Part shown: piece after piece, positions 53,608-62,168 of the stretch
Layout: every line of letters begins with the position of its first letter
Position numbering within the stretch: position 1 is the first letter of the stretch
Notes under the pieces: model-generated
Seen by the model: only the letters and a program-made list of their open reading frames with translations
Told to the model about the DNA's origin: nothing
Database searches by the model: none
Made by a program: the position numbers and the translations under genes
NCBI GenBank assembly: GCA_910585255.1
Contig: CAJUEI010000003.1
Location: 2,782 to 66,781, forward strand
Origin: an uncultured Lachnospiraceae bacterium
GTDB taxonomy: Bacteria; Bacillota; Clostridia; Lachnospirales; Lachnospiraceae
Length of the DNA stretch: 64,000 bases
Direction: 5' to 3'

Positions 53608-54084
53608 TTATTTTTTTGGTTTAAAAGAATTTAAAATATCTGGAATAGCTATTACGAATTCTGCTGAACAAGCTTCTTCATCATTAACAAAACTTTTTAC
53701 ATATCCTTTAGCAATACCTCTTCGGAAGGACAAAAGTTCTGCATAAATATCAAGTTGATCTCCTGGAATAATTTTACGTTTAAATTTTATATTATTGGCA
53801 CTTACAAAACTTGTTTTTTTCCCTTTATATTCATCCATACATAAAAAAGTCATAATAAATGTTTGGGCAAGACATTCTATCTGAATAAAACCTGGAACAT
53901 TGGGATCATCTGCGAAATGTGCAGGAAAATACCATTCATTATAACTAAAATTTTTTATACCATGTGCCGTTTTTCCTGGTTCGATTGCTATTATTTTATC
54001 AATGAATAATAGAGGATATCTGTTTTGTTGGGAATTTTGAATGTCTATTATCCCTAAATTAGTTAGAATTTCATTATTTTTCAT
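53608..54084 (-). CDS. FabZ/FabA-like hotdog-fold dehydratase (FabZ-like 1)
   Basis: NRYPLLFIDKI, FPAHFADDPNVPG (catalytic His) and IECLAQ (catalytic Glu). Confidence 0.75.
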   Translation of the reverse strand: MKNNEILTNLGIIDIQNSQQNRYPLLFIDKIIAIEPGKTAHGIKNFSYNEWYFPAHFADDPNVPGFIQIECLAQTFIMTFLCMDEYKGKKTSFVSANNIKFKRKIIPGDQLDIYAELLSFRRGIAKGYVKSFVNDEEACSAEFVIAIPDILNSFKPKK

Positions 54085-54192
54085 AGTGATTTTATCCTTT
54101 TTATTTATAATAATCTTAATTTTATTATTATGTGTATTTTTATTAAATTTTATTTTTGATATGCTTATAAAATTTTTTTAGATTTGTTAAAA

Positions 54193-54389
54193 AATATTTT
54201 ATGGTTTCGAGAAAAGTGTACTTTTTCCAAAACTTGTACTTGTATAATTTTAATATAAAATTTAAAAAAAATCAAGAGCATCATTAACCTTTTTAGCAAA
54301 AATATTGTTTAAATTTGTGTTTATAAAGAATATAATTTTATATTTTATAGTTTTGGAAAAAGTACACTTTTTACGAAACTATAAAATAT
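54193..54389. promoter_or_regulatory. 41-bp inverted repeat pair (54193-54233 and 54349-54389) bracketing a 115-bp AT-rich segment in the divergent promoter region
   Basis: The arms are reverse complements at 38/41 positions (hand alignment). Each arm contains the palindrome AAAAGT-GT-ACTTTT. Inside the bracketed segment a leftward TTGATT-17-TAAAAT promoter-like match lies at 54274-54246. Confidence 0.8.
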
Positions 54390-54453
54390 GAAAAAAGTAG
54401 TTATTTCCAAGGTTTGAAAGGATTCAAATTATAATTTCAGGAGGAAGATTAAA

Positions 54454-54699
54454 ATGACAAATTATGAAAAATATGTAGAAGCATTTAAAACAGGGCTTGG
54501 CATTGATGGAGATAAGGTAACAAAGGAGTTGACATATCAATCTGTAATGGAATGGGATTCAGTAGGGCATATGGAATTAGTTGCTGAATTGGAAGAAGTA
54601 TTTAACATTTCTATGGATACGGATGATATTGTTGACTTTAATTCATTTGAGGCAGGAATAAAGATCCTTAAAAAATATAATATAAAGATTGAGGAATAA
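54454..54699 (+). CDS. Acyl/peptidyl carrier protein (ACP-2), paralogue of ACP-1
   Basis: 81 aa. EWDSVGHMELVAELEEVF...MDTDDIVDF is closely parallel to the 50456-50716 product. RBS GGAGGAAG. Confidence 0.75.
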   Translation: MTNYEKYVEAFKTGLGIDGDKVTKELTYQSVMEWDSVGHMELVAELEEVFNISMDTDDIVDFNSFEAGIKILKKYNIKIEE

Positions 54700-54705
54700 A
54701 CAGAG

Positions 54706-55446
54706 ATGATTAAAGATAAGTATGCTGTTGTAACAGGAACAAGCAGAGGAATTGGGCGTGCAGTAGCAGAAAAATTAGCACAGTGTGGGGCTGATCTATT
54801 TGTGTGTGCAAGAACCAGAACAGATGAATTTGAAGAGTGGGTAACACAACTTCAGATTCAGACAAATAGAAAAATTATGTCTGTTTATTTTGATTTACAG
54901 GATGAAAATCAGATAAAAGAAGCATTTTTACAGATTAAAAAGGCGTCTGTTCCTATTGATATTTTAGTAAATGTAGCAGGCTGTGTGTATAGTGCAAATT
55001 TTCAAATGACCGGAATAAGTAAAATGAAGGAATTATTTGCAATTAATTATTTTAACCAAATACAGTTTACGCAATATATTTTAAAGCTTATGTTAAAACA
55101 ACATAAAGGAAGTATTGTAAATATTGCATCAAGTGGCGGAATAGATGGAAATCCAGGCAGAACTGCTTATAATGCTACAAAGGCATCCATTATTTCTACT
55201 ACTAGAACAATGGCAAAAGAATTGGGTAAAAATGGAATTCGAGTAAATGCTATTGCTCCAGGATTAATTGATACAGATATGGCAAGAAATTATACTCCCG
55301 ATTCTATTATGAAACTTGAATTAGAAAATACTTGTATGGGACGTATAGGAAAAGCAGAGGAAGTTGCAAATGTGGTAGAATTTCTTGCATCTGATGCAGC
55401 ATCTTATGTAACAGGACAGGTATGGCGTGTGGACGGAGGAATGTAG
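54706..55446 (+). CDS. Short-chain dehydrogenase, 3-oxoacyl-ACP reductase (FabG)-like
   Basis: VVTGTSRGIGRAVA, NVAG, S...YNATK catalytic residues and PGLIDTDM. Confidence 0.85.
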   Translation: MIKDKYAVVTGTSRGIGRAVAEKLAQCGADLFVCARTRTDEFEEWVTQLQIQTNRKIMSVYFDLQDENQIKEAFLQIKKASVPIDILVNVAGCVYSANFQMTGISKMKELFAINYFNQIQFTQYILKLMLKQHKGSIVNIASSGGIDGNPGRTAYNATKASIISTTRTMAKELGKNGIRVNAIAPGLIDTDMARNYTPDSIMKLELENTCMGRIGKAEEVANVVEFLASDAASYVTGQVWRVDGGM

Positions 55447-55448
55447 TT

Positions 55449-56303
55449 TTGGATGAGAAAACGATCAATAAGATAAGTGAATTTGCTTTTCATATGAGAA
55501 AGCATGCTCTAACTATGTCATATGCATCTGGGAATCATGCAGTTCATTTTGGTGGTGGTATGTCTGTAATTGATATTTTGGCAGTTTTATATGCAGAGAT
55601 ATTAAAATTGGATAGGGAGAATCCTGTTTGGGAAGACAGAGATAGATTTATTATGAGTAAAGGTCATGGTGTAATTGGATATTATGCGGCATTAGCAGAA
55701 GTTGGTTATATCCCTTTAGAAGAGCTGAAAAAATTTGAACAAGAGAATTCTTATTTAATGGGTCATCCTGTTTATACTCCTAAATATGGAATCGAATTTA
55801 CAAACGGAAGCCTTGGTATGGGAGTTTCCCTTGGAATAGGAACAGCATTGTCAGCTAAAAAGAAAGGAAAAAACTATAAAACTTATATATTAATCGGTGA
55901 TGGAGAAGCAGATGAAGGTTCCATATGGGAAGCTGCTATGTCTGCAGTTCAGTTTCAGTTAGATAATTTATGTGTGATTATAGATCGGAATCGTCTACAA
56001 CTTGGCGGGGATACAGAAGAAATTATGGCACATGGTGATTTAAGAAAGAAATATGAGATATTTGGATGGAATTCTTATGAAGTGAATGGGCATAATGTGA
56101 AAGAATTGTGTCATGTATTTCATGAAATACCAGTAAATAAAAAACCATCAATTATTATTGCTAATACGATAAAAGGAAAAGGATTTCATTTTTCAGAAAA
56201 TAATAATTCCTGGCATCATGCAGTAATGACAGAATCACAATATGAAGCAGCATTAAAAGAGCTGGAGGATAGCTATTATGGAAATAACAGCAAAAAATGT
56301 TAA
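55449..56303 (+). CDS. Split transketolase, N-terminal (TPP-binding) subunit
   Basis: HFGGGMSVIDILAVLY, RDRFIMSKGHG and GDGEADEGSIWEA. The likely start is TTG 55449, 9 nt after GGAGG; the track ORF begins at 55422. Confidence 0.8.
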   Translation: MDEKTINKISEFAFHMRKHALTMSYASGNHAVHFGGGMSVIDILAVLYAEILKLDRENPVWEDRDRFIMSKGHGVIGYYAALAEVGYIPLEELKKFEQENSYLMGHPVYTPKYGIEFTNGSLGMGVSLGIGTALSAKKKGKNYKTYILIGDGEADEGSIWEAAMSAVQFQLDNLCVIIDRNRLQLGGDTEEIMAHGDLRKKYEIFGWNSYEVNGHNVKELCHVFHEIPVNKKPSIIIANTIKGKGFHFSENNNSWHHAVMTESQYEAALKELEDSYYGNNSKKC

Positions 56304-57243
56304 AAAATGGTCTACGGTAGGAGCACGACCTACATTTGGAATGACTATGGTGGAATTAGCGAAGACAAATCCAAATATGATAGTACTTACTGCAGATGTA
56401 TCTACTTCAGCAGGATTAGAACGTTATAAAAAGATGTTTCCAGAGCAATTTATTGATGTGGGTATTGCAGAACAAAATATGATGGGAATTGCGACAGCTC
56501 TTTCAAAAGAAGGATATTGTGTGGTTACAACAACATTTGCACCATTTCAATCTATGAGGTGTTTAGAGCAGATTCGAGTAAATCAAGGATATATGGGTCT
56601 GCCTGTTATTATGGTTGGACTTTCAAGCGGATTATATCATTGTTATTTAGGAAATACACACTGTTGTTTTGAAGATGCAGCTATTTTACGCTCTATTCCT
56701 AATATTGCAGTTGTGACACCTGCAGATGGTGCTGAGATTGTAAAAACATTTGAATATGCTGTTAATTATCATAAATCAATATATGTTCGTTTGATTGAGG
56801 GAAAAAATCTTCCAATTATATATAAGGAAGACTTTTCATTTTCAATAGGAAAAGCAAATATTTTAAGAGAAGGACAGGATATTGTAATATTGGCAAATGG
56901 TACTATGGTGGCTCAGGCTTTAACAGCAGCAGATATTTTACAAGAAAGGGGTATATCCTGTAAAGTTATTGATTTTCATACGATAAAACCATTAGATACA
57001 GAGTTATTGGATTCTGTTATAGATTATCCATTATTAATTACCATAGAAGAACATAGCGTAATTGGAGGATTAGGTTCCGCTGTAGCAGAGTATATGATAC
57101 AAAAGAGAAGAAAACCAAGGCAGCTTTTCATGGGAATTCAAGATTTTTATCCACATTCTAGTGACTATGAGACCGTGTTAAAGCAGTGTGGATTGACGGC
57201 AAAGCAGATTGCAGAAAAAATAGTAAGCGAGATAGGTGAGTAA
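56278..57243 (+). CDS. Split transketolase, C-terminal (pyrimidine-binding) subunit
   Basis: FIDVGIAEQNMMGIATALS, TFAPF, and the C-terminal domain IDFHTIKPLD. Confidence 0.8.
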   Translation: MEITAKNVKKWSTVGARPTFGMTMVELAKTNPNMIVLTADVSTSAGLERYKKMFPEQFIDVGIAEQNMMGIATALSKEGYCVVTTTFAPFQSMRCLEQIRVNQGYMGLPVIMVGLSSGLYHCYLGNTHCCFEDAAILRSIPNIAVVTPADGAEIVKTFEYAVNYHKSIYVRLIEGKNLPIIYKEDFSFSIGKANILREGQDIVILANGTMVAQALTAADILQERGISCKVIDFHTIKPLDTELLDSVIDYPLLITIEEHSVIGGLGSAVAEYMIQKRRKPRQLFMGIQDFYPHSSDYETVLKQCGLTAKQIAEKIVSEIGE

Positions 57244-57247
57244 AAAT

Positions 57248-58276
57248 ATGGGTTACGTAGATAAAAAAAGAGTGCTTCAAAAACTTCACAATTTTCATAA
57301 GGCTGTAAAAGAAAATGGCGGGAAAATTGGAACAGCACCAAGAATTATTGATTTAAGTTATGATAATGCATGTAATTTTAAATGTCAGCATTGTTTTACA
57401 AAAGCACCAGAAGGAATTAATACATTAAAACATATGCCAATGGAAATGATAACGAAATTAGCGGATGAAGCAGATACCTTAGGATTTTATGAGTTTGATT
57501 TACAGGGAGGAGAATTATTGATTCGTCCTGAACAATTTTTTGATTTGGTAAAAGCAGTAGGAGCAGAAAGATTTTATATTTATTTAACAACGAATGGGTA
57601 TTTTCTAGATCAAAATATGGCACATCGATTAGCTCAGGCAGGAATTGACAGGGTATCTGTCAGCATTGATGGCTTAGATGCAAAAGAACATGATTCTTTT
57701 CGAGGAAAAAGTGGAGCATTTGATAGGGCAATTCATGCATTAAAGTATGTAAAAGAAGAAGGAATGGAACCTTTTATGAATATTACAATAGGTCATTACA
57801 ATGCCTTCTCAAAAGAATTAGAAGAACAACTTGCTTATTCCTATGAAAATGGTTTTAAATCAATTTTAAACGCAGCTGTTCCGGCTGGATGCTGGAAAAA
57901 TAATTATGATATTATGCTGACAGAGGAAGATACAAAACATATTGAACAGTTGAGAAAAAAGTATCCCAATATGATAAGGGATATATGGGATCCTTTTGAT
58001 CGGAAACAAGAAAAAATATTGGGATGTAATGCAGGAAATATTTTATACATTACTCCTTGGGGAGACGTTTTGCCATGTCCATTTATTCATATAAAATTAG
58101 GAAATATTTATGAAATGAGTTTAGAAGAGATTGTAAATTATACATTTTCATTGGATGCGTTTTCTGAATATTCGGATAAATGTTTAGCCGGGGAAGACAA
58201 AGATTTTGTGAAAAAATATATGAGTGGAGATATATCAACTCAAAATCCTGTAAGTGCGGCAGAAATTTTTAGATAA
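57248..58276 (+). CDS. Radical SAM enzyme with a SPASM/twitch-like C-terminal Cys cluster
   Basis: CNFKCQHC (CxxxCxxC) near the N-terminus. The C-terminus has GCNAG...PWGDVLPCPF. I chose the ATG at 57248 behind AGGTGAG. Confidence 0.8.
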   Translation: MGYVDKKRVLQKLHNFHKAVKENGGKIGTAPRIIDLSYDNACNFKCQHCFTKAPEGINTLKHMPMEMITKLADEADTLGFYEFDLQGGELLIRPEQFFDLVKAVGAERFYIYLTTNGYFLDQNMAHRLAQAGIDRVSVSIDGLDAKEHDSFRGKSGAFDRAIHALKYVKEEGMEPFMNITIGHYNAFSKELEEQLAYSYENGFKSILNAAVPAGCWKNNYDIMLTEEDTKHIEQLRKKYPNMIRDIWDPFDRKQEKILGCNAGNILYITPWGDVLPCPFIHIKLGNIYEMSLEEIVNYTFSLDAFSEYSDKCLAGEDKDFVKKYMSGDISTQNPVSAAEIFR

Positions 58277-58291
58277 GTAGGAGGAAATGGT

Positions 58292-58765
58292 ATGGAGGAA
58301 AAGTTGAGTTTGGATATTGTTCAGATTCAGGAATATGAAGCGAATCGTTATCCATATTTATTAATTGATAAAGTAACAGAAATTGTTCCGGGAAAGTATG
58401 CAAAGGGATATAAAAATCTTACATTTAATGAATGGTTTTTTCCCTGTCATTTTGAAGGGTGTCCGAATATGCCAGGGATGCTTCAAATAGAAGCATTATC
58501 TCATGTATTTATTTTATTATTTCTAACATTACCTGGAAATAAAGGAAAAATTACTAATATTCTAGGGGCAAATAATTTAAAATTTTATCAAAGGGTATTA
58601 CCAGGAGATAGATTAGAGATAGAAGCAGAATTGAATTCATGGAAACGTGGAATTGGAATTGGACCTGCACGGGGATATGTAGATGGAAAATTGGTATGTG
58701 AAGCAGAATTTAAAATTTGTATCCCAGAAATTTTACAGCAATATACACCTAAAAGTAATAAATAG
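58292..58765 (+). CDS. FabZ/FabA-like hotdog-fold dehydratase (FabZ-like 2)
   Basis: NRYPYLLIDKV, FPCHFEGCPNMPG and IEALSH. The C-terminus parallels FabZ-like 1. Confidence 0.75.
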   Translation: MEEKLSLDIVQIQEYEANRYPYLLIDKVTEIVPGKYAKGYKNLTFNEWFFPCHFEGCPNMPGMLQIEALSHVFILLFLTLPGNKGKITNILGANNLKFYQRVLPGDRLEIEAELNSWKRGIGIGPARGYVDGKLVCEAEFKICIPEILQQYTPKSNK

Positions 58766-58773
58766 TAAGGGAA

Positions 58774-59934
58774 ATGGTATTGTTATATGAAGTAATGATT
58801 AGAGAGGATGGGAATACGGTGTTAGAATTATCAGAAATAACTTTTTCAATGGATAAAACGCAAAGTTATATTATTTATGGACCAGGTGAAAATGGAAGAA
58901 TGTTAAAGCGGGTGCTAGATATATTAAATCAAAAAGTTTCTTGCTTTATTTGTAGTACTGGACATAAGAAAGTAACTGAAATAGATGGAATTCCAGTATT
59001 TGAATTGTCAGAGTATTTAAATTCTAAAGAAAAGAATTTGGACAAAATCTTAATGACTGTATGTGGGGGGGTAGACTCTATTTTAGAGGGGTTGAAGAGG
59101 CAACTGGAAAATGTGATTTGCCAAATTAATTCATCACAAGATATTTGTAAAGTATATGAATATTTTTATAGAAATTATTTTTTACAAAGAGGGGTTGATT
59201 TGAGCGGAGATTTTATAAAGCTAAAGGAAATGGAATTTATTAATCCGTTTAAAGCAGAACTATCTTATTCATTGGCTTTTTATATGTCGTGTGGGGATAT
59301 TATTCTTCCAACTATATATAAGGATTTATCTTGTAGTTGGGAGGGATCATATGAAGTATCTCCTGTTCTGTTGCAGGAAAATGATATTGTTATAGATTGT
59401 GGAAGCAATATGGGACTTTTTTCAATTATAGCAGCTAATCGATGTGCAAAATCATATGCATTTGAATGTGTGCCATCTACTTATCATTATATCAATCAAA
59501 TTTGTAAAAAATACAATAACATAGAATTGGTAAAGAAAGCGATAGGAGCATTTGTAGGTAAGGTTAGATTTTCTATGGATGAGGATCTTAATTGTAATAA
59601 TCGGATTGTATGGGAGGATGGAGAAATTGGACATAATCCAGTAAAATTTGGTGCTCCTGAAAACTTTCAATTAGTTGATATGATAACAATAGATGAATTT
59701 GTAAAAGAATATAAATTAGATAAAGTAGATTTTATAAAAGCTGATATTGAAGGGGCAGAGCGAGATATGCTTAGAGGGGCACAAGAGACTTTGAGAAAAT
59801 ATTCTCCTAAATTGGCTATATGTGAATATCATATGCTAGATGATCCGGAAGTGCTTGAAAAGATTATATTGGATGCAAATCCAAATTATGTTGTTTTTCA
59901 TAAATATAAAAAATTATATGCTTATGTACCTTAA
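58774..59934 (+). CDS. FkbM-family methyltransferase (second copy) with an N-terminal extension
   Basis: VIDCGSNMGLFS (SAM motif I) and VDFIKADIEGAERDML. Confidence 0.7.
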   Translation: MVLLYEVMIREDGNTVLELSEITFSMDKTQSYIIYGPGENGRMLKRVLDILNQKVSCFICSTGHKKVTEIDGIPVFELSEYLNSKEKNLDKILMTVCGGVDSILEGLKRQLENVICQINSSQDICKVYEYFYRNYFLQRGVDLSGDFIKLKEMEFINPFKAELSYSLAFYMSCGDIILPTIYKDLSCSWEGSYEVSPVLLQENDIVIDCGSNMGLFSIIAANRCAKSYAFECVPSTYHYINQICKKYNNIELVKKAIGAFVGKVRFSMDEDLNCNNRIVWEDGEIGHNPVKFGAPENFQLVDMITIDEFVKEYKLDKVDFIKADIEGAERDMLRGAQETLRKYSPKLAICEYHMLDDPEVLEKIILDANPNYVVFHKYKKLYAYVP

Positions 59935-60009
59935 GATTAGGATAAGCTGTTTTGATTTTGTGGTTGTATAAAAAGTTTATAAAAATTGGTATATTAAAGG
60001 AAATTATAA

Positions 60010-60953
60010 TGATGAAAGAAATTCAAGATAAAATTAAGAGAATTTGTTCTATGCTTCAAATTGATATTCCTATTTTACAAGGGGCAATGGCTTATATTGC
60101 TAATTATAAATTGGCGGCAGCAGTTTCTGAATATGGTGGATTAGGAATTCTTGCAGCAGGTGGATTGAAATCAGAGCAGCTAGAATATGAAATTAATGAA
60201 TTAAAGAAGTGTACTAAAAAAAGTTATGCAGTTAATATTGCATTAAAAAGTGATAATGTAGAAGAGATTATTTGTATTTTAAAAGATCAGAAAGTGCCTA
60301 TTGTTGTTACAGGAGCGGGAAATCCTGAAAAATATATTTCTGAATTAAAGGGATATGGAGCGAAAGTGATTCCTGTAGTTGCTTCTGTAGCATTGGCAAA
60401 AAGAATGGCTAGATATGGTGCGGACGCAGTAATAGCTGAAGGAAGTGAATCAGGTGGTCATATTGGAAATACAAATACTATGTGTTTAATACCGCAAGTT
60501 GTAGATGCAGTAGATATTCCTGTTATAGCAGCTGGTGGAATCGCTGATGGGCGTGGAGCAGCTGCTTCTTTTATTCTTGGAGCTTGTGCCGTTCAGATGG
60601 GAACACGGTTTCTTGTATCAAGTGAAAGTCCAGCTCATAAAAATTACAAGGAATTACTTTTAAGGGCAAAAGATATTTCAACTGTTGTATTAAATACTAC
60701 ACAAAATGATCAGGATAATATTAGGGCAGTAAAGAGTTTATTGACGGGACAATATTTAGAGGCAGAATTTCGTGGTAGGGAAAATCCAGGATGGATGTTA
60801 AAAGATGCTTTAAAAAAAGCAGCTAAGAATGGAGACAGCAGTCAAGGTCTTTTTATGGCAGGACAATGTGCGGGTTTGATAAAAGAGGAAATGTCAGTTG
60901 AAGAAATTTTAAAACAAGTATGGGGAGATGTTTGTAAATATTTAGAATTATAA
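60010..60953 (+). CDS. FMN-dependent enoyl-ACP reductase II (FabK) / nitronate monooxygenase family protein
   Basis: PILQGAMAYIANYKLAAAVSEYGGLGILAAG, DAVIAEGSESGGHIG and IAAGGIADGRG. I chose the ATG at 60010. Confidence 0.75.
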
Positions 60954-60997
60954 GTGTTTGATTAATAGATAAAAAATAGTTTAAGTTGGGAGAAAAG

Positions 60998-61435
60998 ATG
61001 GAGGAGATAAAATTAGATATAGAGGGAATTAAAAAATATATAAAAATTAGATATCCTGTTTTAATGCTAGATGGAGCAACAGTAATTCCTGGTGTTAGTG
61101 CAGAAGGATTTAAAATATTAGATGGAAAAGAGGAATTTTGGAAAGGACATTATCCAGAATATCCTATTATGCCTGGAACTTATCAATTAGAAGCATTGGC
61201 ACAGCTTTTTTCATTGAGTTTTTTGGTTTTAAATGATTATAGTGAGATAATTCCTAAATTGGTTGGGTTTGAGAAAGTACGATTTTATAAAGAAGTAAAA
61301 CCAGGAGAAAAAAATCATAGCTTAATAATGTCAGCAAAATTACTTTCCTTTAAGCATAATGTTGCAAAAGGAGAAGCAAAAGGAATGGTTAATGGAGAGA
61401 TTGTATGTAGTGCAGAAATTAAGACCTTTTTATAG
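60998..61435 (+). CDS. FabZ/FabA-like hotdog-fold dehydratase (FabZ-like 3, most divergent)
   Basis: IRYPVLMLD, GHYPEYPIMPG and LEALAQ. I chose the ATG at 60998 behind GGGAGAAAAG. Confidence 0.65.
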   Translation: MEEIKLDIEGIKKYIKIRYPVLMLDGATVIPGVSAEGFKILDGKEEFWKGHYPEYPIMPGTYQLEALAQLFSLSFLVLNDYSEIIPKLVGFEKVRFYKEVKPGEKNHSLIMSAKLLSFKHNVAKGEAKGMVNGEIVCSAEIKTFL

Positions 61436-61577
61436 TAAACGGGATAAGTTTTTAATTTAATTGGATAAGAATTATGATTGATTTTATAATAAAAATTAAT
61501 TTATCTCAATTTCAAAATATATAAGAATATAATTTTTTATTATAAAGTTTTAAATATAGTAGCTTAGAAAAAATTTT

Positions 61578-61670
61578 TGTAGTGGGTGGATTGAAATCAG
61601 AATAGTTTTCGTATGAAATTAGTAAACAAAAGAAATAGACTAAAAAGACATGTAATTAATAATATATTTA
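61578..61670 (+). pseudogene. Decayed fragment homologous to an internal part of the FabK-like gene (compare 60157-60245)
   Basis: GGTGGATTGAAATCAGA is identical to 60159-60175. It is followed by TATGAAATTA, AAAGAA and ACTAAAAA blocks in the same order as in the gene. The fragment is interrupted by stops. Confidence 0.5.
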
Positions 61671-61680
61671 GAAAATGTAT

Positions 61681-61730
61681 TATATAAACAAGGGCAAAAT
61701 CGATTTTAAGGTTTTGTCCTTGTTTATATA
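61681..61730 (+). other. Hairpin (possible operon-end terminator, no clear U-tract)
   Basis: TATATAAACAAGGGCAAAAT ... GTTTTGTCCTTGTTTATATA, about 19 bp with one mismatch. Confidence 0.4.
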
Positions 61731-62168
61731 GGACAAACTTATAAACTAAATTTTTTATAAAATCACCATTTTTTATCGTATTTTCAGAATAAGTTTTTTG
61801 AAATATTGAAATTTTTATCTTAAAGATCGTATACAGAAGAGCAATTTAACACTTTTGTAATTTTATAAGTTTATCGTTTATATAATACATGTTGTATCAT
61901 TTTTTAAATTTGTGTTATAATAAGGATTAAAAATAATAATCTTTATTTTAACTAATTATTTTAGAAAAATTCTATCAATACTATTTGTAAAATTGGTATT
62001 ATTAAAGGTTTTTTCTTTTAAAGAAAATCTAAAAAATTGATAATATAATGTTTTTATATAAAAGTATTTGTCCTAAAAATATGATAAATTTTTTGTTCGA
62101 ATGATTAGTTTGTTGAGATATAGAGTGAGTTAAGGTTTTGGATTTTGGAAAAATAAAAGGAGGAATTT

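Noticed and set aside
54193-54389. A sigma-54 (-24/-12) promoter, or small peptide ORFs (for example ATG at 54200, 28 codons), within the inverted-repeat region
   Set aside because: TTGGAAAAAGTACAC does not place GC at the correct distance from GG for a -24/-12 promoter. The mini-ORFs lack RBSs and are expected by chance in AT-rich DNA.
5896-60986. Upstream alternative starts given by the ORF track (3813, 5896, 12603, 19193, 25141, 27578, 42388, 47168, 55422, 57236, 59952, 60986)
   Set aside because: In each case an in-frame downstream ATG or TTG sits at proper distance from a GGAGG-like RBS, or forms an ATGA overlap with the preceding stop. I report the shorter coordinates, but starts remain unverified.
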